Below, one piece after another: positions 29,172 through 39,042 of a stretch of 64,000 nucleotides of DNA. The notes beneath the pieces were generated by a model. That model was not told where the DNA came from, did not search any database, and saw nothing but the letters and a program-made list of their open reading frames with translations. Location: the NCBI GenBank assembly GCA_964594755.1, contig CAZQMO010000005.1, positions 1,144 to 65,143 on the forward strand. The letters run 5' to 3'. Within the stretch, counting starts at the first letter, position 1, and each line of letters starts with the position of its first letter. The position numbers were made by a program, and so were the translations under genes. This DNA is from an uncultured Candidatus Saccharibacteria bacterium (lineage in GTDB: Bacteria; Patescibacteriota; Doudnabacteria; UBA920).

Positions 29172-30118
29172 TTAAACTACTAAGTAATCGTTATTGCTAT
29201 CAGTTTTTTCTTCTGCGATTTTGTGAATAATATCTTCTAAGTCTTGGTCGCTAAAGAATTCAATCATGATTTTACCACCGCGGCCTTGGCGCTGAATTTT
29301 TACTTGCGTACCTAACTTGCCGCGGAGTTCTGTTTCTATGGCCATCAACTTTGGATCTGGCATGGCAGCATCCATCTTGCGGCGCTGCACTAATTCGCGA
29401 ACTTTAGCCTCCACTTGGCGAACATTAAGGCCTTGTTCCAAAACTTGGCGGTACATTAACAACTGTTTTTCTATGTCTGGCAAACTTAAGATTGCCCGTC
29501 CATGACCTTCGCTGATTTTACCTTCAATAATAGCGCGCTGGATTTCGGCTGGAAGATTTAATAAACGTAAAGTGTTGGCAATGCTCGGGCGAGCTTTTCC
29601 CACTTTTTGCGCAACCTGTTCTTGAGTAAGATTAAATTTATCGATTAGACGCTGGTAAGCTTGAGCTTCTTCGATGGCATTAAGTTCTTGGCGTTGAATG
29701 TTTTCAATCAATGCAACTTCTAGTTTAGTTTGGTCTTGCAAAGTCTTCTTAACTATTGCCGGAACTTTTTGTAGACCAGCCAGCTGCGAAGCGCGGAATC
29801 GTCGCTCCCCTACTACTAATTCATAACCGTTATCGGTTTCGGTTACGACTAACGGCTGAATCACGCCGTGCTCTTTAATCGAACTAGCTAGTTCTTCGAG
29901 TGCGGCTTGGTTAAAAATTTTGCGTGGTTGAAACGGATTCGGCACAACTCGAGCTAACTCAATTTCTTGAATCGTGCTATCGGAGTAAGAAACCTTTTCG
30001 GAATGCTCTTGGTCTACGACTGGCGCAACAGCCGGTGAAAAAGAAACAACACCAGAAGAACTATCTGGTGTAGCTTGATTGTTGCTATTTAAATCTGTGT
30101 CTGTTGGAAATTGGTTCA
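29172..30118 (-). CDS. parB: ParB/Spo0J partitioning protein (orphan, no adjacent parA)
   Basis: VVGERRFRAS ParB-box motif. Preceded by an HTH region and a Ser/Pro-rich N-terminus. The start was chosen at MNQFPTD; the ORF-track start at 30293 is an upstream in-frame extension that would overlap the tRNA-Leu direct repeat. Confidence 0.8.
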
Positions 30119-30124
30119 TTATAT

Positions 30125-30146
30125 TTGGTGGCCGAGGAGGGAGTTG
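30125..30146. repeat. 22-nt direct repeat of the tRNA-Leu 3' end (ttggtggccgaggagggagttg), second copy at 30337-30358
   Basis: Exact match read directly. The copies are 190 bp apart and sit immediately upstream of the parB start. Confidence 0.8.
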
Positions 30147-30337
30147 GTCACTTCCCGCTATTCTCCTCAGCACATTCGCTAAGCTCATGGAGCTTCGTCG
30201 AATTACGCTACAGCAACCCCTGTCGCTACTTAATGCTCCAAATAGTCGCATTAGGTTTCTGCCTTTGGCAGAACCGCTTTTCTTCAACTCCACTAGACCA
30301 ATCCCTGTTAACCTCGCTTCGCGAGTTTACCAGAGAT

Positions 30338-30422
30338 TGGTGGCCGAGGAGGGAGTTGAACCCTCACACCCGAAGATACACGATTTTGAGTCGTGCGCGT
30401 CTGCCAATTCCGCCACTCGGCC
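30338..30422 (-). tRNA. tRNA-Leu (anticodon CAA), type II with a long variable arm
   Basis: Reverse complement GGCCGAGUGGCGGAAUUGGCAGACGCGCACGACUCAAAAUCGUGUAUCUUCGGGUGUGAGGGUUCAACUCCCUCCUCGGCCACCA. Anticodon loop is CUCAAAA. Confidence 0.85.
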
Positions 30423-30470
30423 CTAAACAATATTTGATTTTAACTTTGTAATTCTAGCAAATTCACTCGC

Positions 30471-31007
30471 TTAGGTAAAGAACAGCCCAAGCCCAATAAT
30501 AGTCACAAAATAGCCCGTAATTGAGCCAAAGATTACCCCACCGATAATATCTGTTAGCCAGTGGTAGCCAAGGATTACCCGGCCGATGCCGGTCATTACA
30601 GTCACAGATAGTAAAGCCAGGCCGATAACTGGATTAAATACAAACACCGAGGCAGCGACCGCAGAAAAGGCAATACTGTGTCTTGATGGAAAAGAATTTG
30701 GCGAAGCAGTTTGTAAAGAAAAAAAGTTTGAAGTGATGGGGTTAAAGCTGAATTTTTGGTAGGGACGTTGCTTTTTATAAACCAAATTAATCAACACTGT
30801 GACGACTAATCTCGCCACTAAGAAAGAACAGCCCGCCAAAATAATCATGGCCACAATCTGTTCCGAAGAAATTAAAAACAAACCCGCAGCTACATAAAAC
30901 ACAACTGAGTAATTACTCCAGAACTGCCACCATCTTTTAAAGATTAAATTCGAAGATAGTTGCTGTTGCCACGCGCGATAATGCGCTTCCCCGATCATCA
31001 TCGCCAT
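30471..31007 (-). CDS. PAP2-family phosphatase (undecaprenyl-diphosphate / phosphatidate phosphatase-like)
   Basis: KKQRPY, PSRHS and GRVILGYHWLTD match the three PAP2 motifs. Confidence 0.7.
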   Translation of the reverse strand: MAMMIGEAHYRAWQQQLSSNLIFKRWWQFWSNYSVVFYVAAGLFLISSEQIVAMIILAGCSFLVARLVVTVLINLVYKKQRPYQKFSFNPITSNFFSLQTASPNSFPSRHSIAFSAVAASVFVFNPVIGLALLSVTVMTGIGRVILGYHWLTDIIGGVIFGSITGYFVTIIGLGLFFT

Positions 31008-31804
31008 AGATAAACGATTAAGACTAATGCTGCGAGAGCCAAACGATACCAAGCAAAGATATCAAAGGAACGAGTTTCAACATACCGCATCAAAAAATGA
31101 ATCGCCCCAAAACCGAACACTGCGGCAGACGCAAACCCAATAGCCACGCTAGTTAAATTCGGTTGCGCAAAAATCGCTGGAAGCTCTAATAAACCTGCCC
31201 CTAAGATAATTGGTGCAGACAGTAAAAAACTGAAGCGAGCTGCTTGTTGGCGAGTGAGTCCAATCCCTAATCCAGCGACTATAGTTGAACCACTACGTGA
31301 CACTCCAGGAATAATTGAAATTGCCTGAGCCAAACCTATCAACAACGCATCTTTCCAGGTTAGATCGTGCATATGCTTAACTTTTAAGCCCCAGCGGTCC
31401 ACTGCAAAAATAATCAAAGCACCAATGGTTAAAGTAATGATGACAGTCACAGGACTGCGCAGTATGGTAGCAACTTGGTCTTCAAAAAATTTCCCGGCTA
31501 AAGCCGCAGGAATAGTGCCTAATACCACCAGCCACGCCATGCGTTGATTAGGATCAGCAGAAAAATTGCGTTTTGAAGGAATGAGTGATGCAAAAAAGCT
31601 TTTGGCTAGCTGAAGAATATCGTGCCGGAAATAAATTAGCACTGCAATCAATGTCCCCCAGTGAAGCGCCACATCAAAGGCCAGGCCTTGGTCTTGCCAC
31701 TTTAGCAACCATGATGTGATGATTAAATGACCAGAAGAAGAAATCGGCAAAAATTCACCAAGTCCTTGCACTAACCCCAAAATAATTGGTTGAATAAAAT
31801 TCAT
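30998..31804 (-). CDS. uppP: undecaprenyl-diphosphatase UppP/BacA
   Basis: 268 aa; LGLVQGLGEFLPISSSGHL...; BacA family. Confidence 0.85.
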   Translation of the reverse strand: MNFIQPIILGLVQGLGEFLPISSSGHLIITSWLLKWQDQGLAFDVALHWGTLIAVLIYFRHDILQLAKSFFASLIPSKRNFSADPNQRMAWLVVLGTIPAALAGKFFEDQVATILRSPVTVIITLTIGALIIFAVDRWGLKVKHMHDLTWKDALLIGLAQAISIIPGVSRSGSTIVAGLGIGLTRQQAARFSFLLSAPIILGAGLLELPAIFAQPNLTSVAIGFASAAVFGFGAIHFLMRYVETRSFDIFAWYRLALAALVLIVYLWR

Positions 31805-33057
31805 TAAACCCCTGGGACTGGAAATTGCACGCTAAAATCGTGAACTTCGGTTTTAATTTTTTCGTGCAGAGAAGTATCTTCTGGATTTTGCAAAACTTGT
31901 GCTATCCAATCAGCGATCTTTTCCATATCACCCTCTTTAGCACCGCGCGTGGTAATAGCAGGTGTGCCCAACCGAATTCCGCTCGGATCCATGGGACTGC
32001 GAGGATCATCAGCAATCATATTCATGTTCAGAGTAATCCCAACAGTATCTAATAATTCTTGTGCTTGCTTGCCACCAACATTCCAGGAACTTACTGCGTC
32101 AATCAATAGCAAATGATTACTGGTACCGCCGGTAATGAGTTTGGCACCTTGCTCCGCCAACGCTTTTGCTAAAGCTTGAGCATTGTTCAAAACCTGCTTT
32201 GCATAATCAGCAAATTCTGGCTTTAATGCCTCGCCAAAACAAACTGCCTTAGCAGCGATGTTGTTCATGTGTGGGCCGCCTTGAAAACCTGGAAACACGC
32301 TTTTGTCAATCATCTTGGTAAATTCTTCCTTACACAAAATCATACCGCCACGAGGGCCACGCAAAGTTTTATGAGTTGTAGTTGTAATGATATCGAAACC
32401 GTCGTCAAAAGGATTTCGTAATTGTTTCCCTGCAATCAACCCTGCGATATGTGCTGCATCCATCATGGTAATCGCTCCAACTTCATCCGCAATGGATTTT
32501 AATGTAGCGTAATCAATTTCTCGAGGATAAGCAGAAAAACCAGCTAGAATAATTTTTGGTTTTTCTTTGATGGCGGTTTCGCGTAGTTCATCATAATCAA
32601 TTTCTCCAGTGGAAATATCTTTCATGCCGTAACGAACAAAGTTGTAGAGCTTTGACATGTGCGTCACTGGATGACCATGAGTTAAGTGACCGCCGTGCGA
32701 AAGATCCATCCCCAAAACTGTGTCACCTGGCTCGAGCAACGCAAAATAAACCGCGATGTTGGCCGGCGCACCAGAAAGTGGTTGTACATTGGCATGTTCA
32801 GCATTAAATAACTGTTTAGCTCGATCAATGGCCAGCTGCTCAATCGCATCAGTATTTTCCTGGCCTCCGTAATAACGCTTTCCTGGATAACCTTCTGAAT
32901 ACTTATTAGTGAGCACAGAACCTAAAGCTTCAAGTACTGCCCCAGAAACATAGTTCTCAGAAGGAATCATCTCAATCCCCTGCTTCTGTCGTTGCTGTTC
33001 AGCTTCAATTATCTGGGCAATCTGCGAATCTGCCTGTTCTAAAAATTCATATTTCAT
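31804..33057 (-). CDS. glyA: serine hydroxymethyltransferase
   Basis: 417 aa; [10 protein letters not shown]; PLP-lysine region [14 protein letters not shown]. Confidence 0.95.
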   Translation of the reverse strand: MKYEFLEQADSQIAQIIEAEQQRQKQGIEMIPSENYVSGAVLEALGSVLTNKYSEGYPGKRYYGGQENTDAIEQLAIDRAKQLFNAEHANVQPLSGAPANIAVYFALLEPGDTVLGMDLSHGGHLTHGHPVTHMSKLYNFVRYGMKDISTGEIDYDELRETAIKEKPKIILAGFSAYPREIDYATLKSIADEVGAITMMDAAHIAGLIAGKQLRNPFDDGFDIITTTTHKTLRGPRGGMILCKEEFTKMIDKSVFPGFQGGPHMNNIAAKAVCFGEALKPEFADYAKQVLNNAQALAKALAEQGAKLITGGTSNHLLLIDAVSSWNVGGKQAQELLDTVGITLNMNMIADDPRSPMDPSGIRLGTPAITTRGAKEGDMEKIADWIAQVLQNPEDTSLHEKIKTEVHDFSVQFPVPGV

Positions 33058-33132
33058 ATCCTTAATCTTAACAAAAAAGCGCTGGTTTACAAACCAACGA
33101 CCCAGAGCTAAAATTGGGTCTGAGGAGGATAT

Positions 33133-33462
33133 ATGAAAAACTTGGGTTTATTGAGAAAGAATGATAGTAATACATTTTTCGTGCTTCACGTAGAAAAGCC
33201 CTCGAAGTATTTCCCACAACTTTTCCAAAGTTTTTTGGAAAAGTCCCAACATGGAAACAAACTCCAAATGAATTATTCAGCTAGGAAGGAAGGAGTGCTT
33301 ATTGGCATTGGCTATGAGTCACGAACTTCGAGTCATGATGAAACGATCATACTGATTCAAAGGATTCATGAATTCTTTAGAACCTTCTTTCCGGCAAGAT
33401 ACGCGGAAATATTTTTAGACAAAATAATTCCCGATGAAACATCGAGATATGCAATCTCTTAA
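33133..33462 (+). CDS. hypothetical protein (109 aa)
   Basis: GGAGG RBS. The terminator hairpin at 33463-33490 is shared with the convergent MFS gene. Confidence 0.45.
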   Translation: MKNLGLLRKNDSNTFFVLHVEKPSKYFPQLFQSFLEKSQHGNKLQMNYSARKEGVLIGIGYESRTSSHDETIILIQRIHEFFRTFFPARYAEIFLDKIIPDETSRYAIS

Positions 33463-33487
33463 CAGACCCCCATGGGAGTCTGTTTTT

Positions 33488-34636
33488 TTAAATCAAAAAA
33501 TAAAAAAGTGTAAAGACTGCCGCAATAATGAACAGCACAATAAAACTACCAGTAAGAGCAAAGGCAATCGCGCCGATTACCGCAGCGAGAAATTTTCCCA
33601 ATGACAAGACCTGCTCAAATCCAACCACATAAGGCAAAATTGAAGTAGTCTCTGCACGCTCATAAGTAATCGCGCTGAGCGGTACGAATACCATACTTTT
33701 CGCAGCTCGTGAAAACCCATCAGCAAACAATGCACCTAAACCTGTGACTACAGGAACGCGCGCTAACCATGATAACAGATAATGCACATTACCAATTCGT
33801 AAAATCCGACGCTTACTATGTCCATCCGAATACATACCCGTAAGTAATGCTAAGCCGGTTGCAGCTAAGGTAGCAATTGTTACCAATGTTCCAGTGTCTT
33901 GATAATTCTGTATTAGAATATACAAAAAAATTGGCCAGGCCGTTAATACTATCAATTCTTCCCCAAACCCCAAGTAACCAATAAAACGCGCTGGATATTG
34001 TTTAATTAACTCCCAAGTATCTTTATATCGATAGCTATTAGTGCTAAAAACTTCCGAAGTCCAAAGTAGGGGCACAGCACTGCATGCGTAAATAATTGAA
34101 CCGATGATAAAAATTGCATTGGACCCTAAGAAGGTTGCCAAAAAACCACCCATCAATGGTCCCAAAATTTGCATCAAGCTCATGATGGCATACATAAACG
34201 AAAACTCGCGCGCTACTTGTCGACCATCGGCAAACCGCGCTAAGGTCGCGTGCCAAGCAGGCCAAAATAGAGTCTTCTGCAAAGCAAATAATATTGGTGC
34301 AAGATACAGGAGCCATTCCGAATATTGTGATCCCACTAAAGCTAACCAGAACAAAATCTGTAAAGGAATACTATAAAAAATAGAATGAGCATAACCGTGT
34401 TGGCTGGCTATTTTTGCACCCCAAGGAATGAAGACAATATAAAAGGCATAGACCACAGCCATAAACAGCAACACTTGGGTAACTGACAATCCAACAACAT
34501 GGTATAAGAAAATCGGTTCAAACAAAGTAATCATTGCTTGAGCCAAATTTCCAATCGCTGTGGATGCGTAAAGATGTTCTATTTCACTACGAACTTTGGT
34601 AGCAAAATAGTGTGGTAAGTGAAAATTAAAGAGCAT
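33488..34636 (-). CDS. MFS-type transporter
   Basis: 382 aa, ~12 TM segments. Confidence 0.6.
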   Translation of the reverse strand: MLFNFHLPHYFATKVRSEIEHLYASTAIGNLAQAMITLFEPIFLYHVVGLSVTQVLLFMAVVYAFYIVFIPWGAKIASQHGYAHSIFYSIPLQILFWLALVGSQYSEWLLYLAPILFALQKTLFWPAWHATLARFADGRQVAREFSFMYAIMSLMQILGPLMGGFLATFLGSNAIFIIGSIIYACSAVPLLWTSEVFSTNSYRYKDTWELIKQYPARFIGYLGFGEELIVLTAWPIFLYILIQNYQDTGTLVTIATLAATGLALLTGMYSDGHSKRRILRIGNVHYLLSWLARVPVVTGLGALFADGFSRAAKSMVFVPLSAITYERAETTSILPYVVGFEQVLSLGKFLAAVIGAIAFALTGSFIVLFIIAAVFTLFYFLI

Positions 34637-34661
34637 TTATTTTTGTTTGAGCGGTTTCGAA

Positions 34662-36956
34662 TTACAAGACGAAATTCAAAAGCCTATTTTTTACATAAAC
34701 CACACGTTGAGGTTTTTTATCAATTAGAGCAATTCGAATTTTTTCTGACTGCATTGCAGCAGCTTCCACATCTGCCTGTTGACTATCAACTGGTAAAGTT
34801 AAAGTTTCTCGAACCTTCCCATTGATCTGGATCACTATGTTTATTGTATCAGAACCTAGCTTTGATTCATCATACTTTGGCCAAGGCTGGAGTTGTAAAT
34901 TCGCTTCCCCGCCCCACAGCTCGTTGATCTCTTCGGTAATATGCGGTGAAAGTGGTGACATTAATTTAATGAATGCTAGTGCCGAATCTTTGCTAATAGC
35001 TTCATCCTTGATTTCGTTATGAAACTGCATCAAGCTTGAAACAATGGTATTGAATCCAAAATGCTCAATGTCATCAGTTACTTTCTTGATAAGAATATTT
35101 AATTTTCGAATAACCACTTCTGAATCTTCTGTGAACTCAACTTTATTAGCCCAGTACCATACACGGTCGAGGAAACGCGCCACCCCAACTATTCCTTGAT
35201 CACTCCAGGAAACACTAGCCCCATGCGGACCTAAAAACAATTCATACATGCGGATTGTATCAGCACCAAATTCTTTCACTAGCTCATCGGGATTAATCAC
35301 ATTACCTTTGCTTTTACTCATCTTGGTGCCATCAGCCGCCAACACAATACCGTGAGGTACGCGCTTAGTATATGGTTCGCTGATAGGAATAAGCCCTTGG
35401 TCGTGTAAAAAGATATTCCAAAAACGCGAGTACAACAAATGGAGAGTGGTATGTTCCATTCCACCGAAATATAAATCAACTGGCAACCAATACTTCATTT
35501 TATCTGGCGCTGCAAACTCAGAATCATTATGAGTATCTGTGTAGCGTAAATAATACCAAGAACTACCAGCCCACTGCGGCATAGTATTGGTTTCGCGTTT
35601 CGCTGGCCCGCCACATTCTGGACAAGTTGTATTAACCCATTCATCAATCGCTGCTAGAGGTGACTCGCCTGTACCAGTAGGTTCATAATTTTTCACTTCT
35701 GGAAGAACAACCGGCAGTTGATCTTCAGGCACAGCAACAACTCCATCTTTCTCACAATGGACCAATGGAATTGGCTCACCCCAATAACGCTGACGGCTAA
35801 AGACCCAATCGCGCAGTTTATATTGCACTTTTGGTATACCAAATTTTCCAAAATCAGCAAATTCTTGCAATTCAATTATTGGTAAATCAAATTTTTCTGC
35901 AAACTCTCTATCACGGACGTCATGGCCAGGAACTGCCATAATCGCACCTGTGCCGTATCCGCCTAATACATAATCTGCTACCCAGATCGGGATCTCCTGG
36001 TTAGTTGCCGGATTAATGGCTTTAACCCCAAGTAACTCAACGCCAGTCTTAGTCTTGTCTTCTGCGGTTCGGTCTAATTCTTCCTTAGCCAGAGCTTCAG
36101 ACACATAACTATTTACCTCGTCTAGATTCTCTAGTGTATGACCGAGCTGTTTAATTAGTTCATGTTCAGGAGCTAAAACTAAATAGGTCGCACCAAAAAT
36201 CGTATCAGGTCGGGTGGTGAAGACTGTTATCTTTTTATCCGTACCTCCAATTTCAAAATCAATTTCTTCACCAACTGATTTTCCTATCCAGTGCGCTTGC
36301 TGAAGGACTACCTGCTCTGGCCACTGCGGTAGATTCTTTAAGCCTTCCAGGAGCTTATCTGCGTATGCAGTGATTTTTAAATACCACTGGCGCAATTCCT
36401 TCTTCTCTACTTTGGCACCACAACGCTCACAATGCCCAGCAATCACTTCTTCATTAGCTAAACCAGTTTTATCATTTGGGCACCAGTTAATTAAACCAGT
36501 GGCTTCATAAGCTAGCCCAGCTTTATAAAATTGTAAGAACAACCATTGAGTCCATTTGTAATAGTTTGGATCCGTAGTATTAATTTCACGGCTCCAATCA
36601 AAACTATAACCAAACCGTTGTAATTGTTTTTTGATGTTAGCTATATTGCTGGCAGTAGTTTCTGCTGGAAGTTTGCCGTGTTTAATGGCGTAGTTTTCTG
36701 CTGGAAGACCAAAAGCGTCCCAACCGATTGGAAATAACACTTGCTGTCCTTGCATTCGATAGTAACGAGCAATCACATCGGCGGCTGTATAGGGCCGGAC
36801 ATGTCCCATATGCAAACCTTCGCCAGAAGGAAAAGGAAATTCTACCAAAACATACTTTTTTGCATTGCCTGATTCAGATGCTGCAAAAAAGCTTTGTTGT
36901 TGCCAGAGCTCTTGCCACTTCTTCTCTATTTGTTGTGCATTATATTTCTTCATCAA
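34662..36956 (-). CDS. leuS: leucyl-tRNA synthetase (compact form)
   Basis: 764 aa; HMGH motif; class I LeuS N-terminus. Confidence 0.9.
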   Translation of the reverse strand: MMKKYNAQQIEKKWQELWQQQSFFAASESGNAKKYVLVEFPFPSGEGLHMGHVRPYTAADVIARYYRMQGQQVLFPIGWDAFGLPAENYAIKHGKLPAETTASNIANIKKQLQRFGYSFDWSREINTTDPNYYKWTQWLFLQFYKAGLAYEATGLINWCPNDKTGLANEEVIAGHCERCGAKVEKKELRQWYLKITAYADKLLEGLKNLPQWPEQVVLQQAHWIGKSVGEEIDFEIGGTDKKITVFTTRPDTIFGATYLVLAPEHELIKQLGHTLENLDEVNSYVSEALAKEELDRTAEDKTKTGVELLGVKAINPATNQEIPIWVADYVLGGYGTGAIMAVPGHDVRDREFAEKFDLPIIELQEFADFGKFGIPKVQYKLRDWVFSRQRYWGEPIPLVHCEKDGVVAVPEDQLPVVLPEVKNYEPTGTGESPLAAIDEWVNTTCPECGGPAKRETNTMPQWAGSSWYYLRYTDTHNDSEFAAPDKMKYWLPVDLYFGGMEHTTLHLLYSRFWNIFLHDQGLIPISEPYTKRVPHGIVLAADGTKMSKSKGNVINPDELVKEFGADTIRMYELFLGPHGASVSWSDQGIVGVARFLDRVWYWANKVEFTEDSEVVIRKLNILIKKVTDDIEHFGFNTIVSSLMQFHNEIKDEAISKDSALAFIKLMSPLSPHITEEINELWGGEANLQLQPWPKYDESKLGSDTINIVIQINGKVRETLTLPVDSQQADVEAAAMQSEKIRIALIDKKPQRVVYVKNRLLNFVL

Positions 36957-37563
36957 GTTTGATTAGCTTCTGAAAATGCTGATAATCCTTTTTCTGCTCC
37001 CAATCGCCGCCCCACTCCCAACCGCGCTCTTTTAAGAATTTTACCACTGGATGGTCGGCACATAACGTTCCAGGTGTCTCCAGATGATATTTACCATTGG
37101 CTGGTTCAGTGATATTTTCGTCAATTATAACAGGATTTTGACGAGGATTAATATCTACAGCCAAGCCATAACTATGATAAGACAGCTTATCTTGATCTTT
37201 GACTTTTCGGTAATTGAATCCCGAAGTGTTATTTGCCGCCATCGAAGCTTCGTCATCATTATTATATAGTATTACTGGCTTAATAGATTCAATCGGGAAA
37301 TAATTAGACTCTGGTAGAGTGATAATAAAATTGAACACATCTTGAATGTCTTTAGTGAGTTGTTGATGAATCACCAATTGTCCTTCGTGAAATTTATGAT
37401 CAGCTGAGAGATATTTGAGACTCAGTAACTCTTGCTGTTCTAAAATTTCTTCCGGGCAATCAGGATAATCCAAAGCTTGTTCTCTAGTTAATTCACTATC
37501 GATGATCGGTCGTTCAAAACTTCCATCTTGAATTATTGATTGTTCAAATTTATTCTTTTCCAT
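36940..37563 (-). CDS. M15-family peptidase (VanY / D-Ala-D-Ala carboxypeptidase-like)
   Basis: SYHSYGLAVDINP and GWEWGGDW motifs. Confidence 0.65.
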   Translation of the reverse strand: MEKNKFEQSIIQDGSFERPIIDSELTREQALDYPDCPEEILEQQELLSLKYLSADHKFHEGQLVIHQQLTKDIQDVFNFIITLPESNYFPIESIKPVILYNNDDEASMAANNTSGFNYRKVKDQDKLSYHSYGLAVDINPRQNPVIIDENITEPANGKYHLETPGTLCADHPVVKFLKERGWEWGGDWEQKKDYQHFQKLIKLDEEI

Positions 37564-37564
37564 A

Positions 37565-38158
37565 TTATTTTGCCTGATGAAATAAGTCGTGTTTTTCTTT
37601 TTCTAATAAAACCAACAGTTGGTCAAAATATTTTTTTACTTCGGCATGTGCGGCAACTTTAGGAGCTTTATTTTCAACCAACTCTTCAAAGGTTACACCT
37701 TTTACTTTCCATAACTTTCCACCATCTAAGTAAATGTTAATTGGAGCAACGACTTTATCGAGTGCGTAGATAAATTTACTTTCCTCATCATCTCGCCCTT
37801 CGTATTGCTCAATGAGATCTGTCATTTCTGAAAATTCCGGAAACTCTTTTTTTAATCTTTGCAAAGCTTCATACTCGCGATCCACTTTGCTATCAATAAC
37901 TGCTTGATCTTTATCAAAAATGTAAGTATCCCCCGCATAAACTTCTACTAAATCATGGAGCATCGCATACTTAATAGCTAAATCAATATTCAAAGGCAAT
38001 TTATAGTTTGAAATTATATACCAAGCTACTAATGCCAATTGATAGCTATGCTCAACATCGTTCTCGTTTCGATTAGTACCAGCAACAAAAATTGTTCTTT
38101 CTACTTTTTGGAAGTCATGAGTAAGCTTGATGAATTTAAAAATTTGATCTAATTCCAT
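37565..38158 (-). CDS. HD-domain phosphohydrolase (YfbR-like)
   Basis: 197 aa; H...HD...D motif set (VEHSYQLA, MLHDLVEVYAGD). Confidence 0.7.
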   Translation of the reverse strand: MELDQIFKFIKLTHDFQKVERTIFVAGTNRNENDVEHSYQLALVAWYIISNYKLPLNIDLAIKYAMLHDLVEVYAGDTYIFDKDQAVIDSKVDREYEALQRLKKEFPEFSEMTDLIEQYEGRDDEESKFIYALDKVVAPINIYLDGGKLWKVKGVTFEELVENKAPKVAAHAEVKKYFDQLLVLLEKEKHDLFHQAK

Positions 38159-39042
38159 TAAATTTTAAATAATTTTCTGGCGTTTTGCGTGGTCGTATTG
38201 GCGACTTCATCTACTGAAATATTTTTCCACTCTGCAATCTTCGCAGCAACTTCGGGCAAGAAACTTGGTTCATTTCTTTTGCCGCGCTGTGATTTCGGAG
38301 TTAAGTATGGCGCATCTGTTTCTAGAATAATATTTTCCAAAGGCACAGCTTTCACTACTTCCTCACTTCGCCCAGTTTTATCAAAAGTAATAATGCCGTT
38401 TAGGCCAATGTATCCACCGAGGTCTACGAATTTTATCGCAGTCGCAGCATCGCCGGTGTAGCAATGAACTTCGAAACGCAACCCCTCCCCATCCCCTCCC
38501 CATTTTGGGGAGGGGTTTTGGGTGGGGTTCTTCACTGCTTTAATTATCTCAAGCAAATCTTCGTAGGCATCAACAGTGCCATCGCTTGGTCGGCAATGAA
38601 CACACAACGCTTTGTCTAATTCCAAAGCGAGCTTAATTTGCTCATCAAAAGCAGCTCGTTGCAATTGTTTGATTTCGTTATGGTCACGGTCATCCGGAAG
38701 ACGGTAATAATCCAAACCACACTCCCCGATTCCAATCACGCGCTCATCTTGCGCTAATTCGCGATACAACTTAGCGTCAAAATGTTCTTCATGGGTTTTT
38801 GAAACCACTTCTTCTTCATCTTCGTAATCGTGCGCGTAAGTATGGGAAGGATGAAGACCAACGACTGCATAAACATTTTCTGGAAATTTCTTAAGCATCT
38901 CTACGGCTTGCCGGCTGGTATCAATCTGTGTTCCAACATTAACCACAGCAACCCCAGCATCATGAGCTCGCTTGATTACTTGTTCAGCGTCCTCTTCAAA
39001 CGCACGGATATTTACATGTGTATGTGTGTCTATAAATTTCAT
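38158..39042 (-). CDS. tatD: TatD-family hydrolase carrying an in-frame ~18-aa insertion encoded by a GC-rich palindromic repeat
   Basis: N-terminus MKFIDTHTHVN; catalytic HCYTGD; C-terminal ETDAPYLTP. The insert KNPTQNPSPKWGGDGEGL is encoded by repeat copy B at 38481-38531. Confidence 0.85.
   Translation of the reverse strand: MKFIDTHTHVNIRAFEEDAEQVIKRAHDAGVAVVNVGTQIDTSRQAVEMLKKFPENVYAVVGLHPSHTYAHDYEDEEEVVSKTHEEHFDAKLYRELAQDERVIGIGECGLDYYRLPDDRDHNEIKQLQRAAFDEQIKLALELDKALCVHCRPSDGTVDAYEDLLEIIKAVKNPTQNPSPKWGGDGEGLRFEVHCYTGDAATAIKFVDLGGYIGLNGIITFDKTGRSEEVVKAVPLENIILETDAPYLTPKSQRGKRNEPSFLPEVAAKIAEWKNISVDEVANTTTQNARKLFKI
38481..38531. repeat. GC-rich palindromic repeat, copy B (cccctcccc-atttt-ggggagggg core), located inside the tatD ORF
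   Basis: Local GC spike. Shares the ccccTcccc/ggggAgggg and gggtgggg(tt) blocks with copies A and C. Confidence 0.65.
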
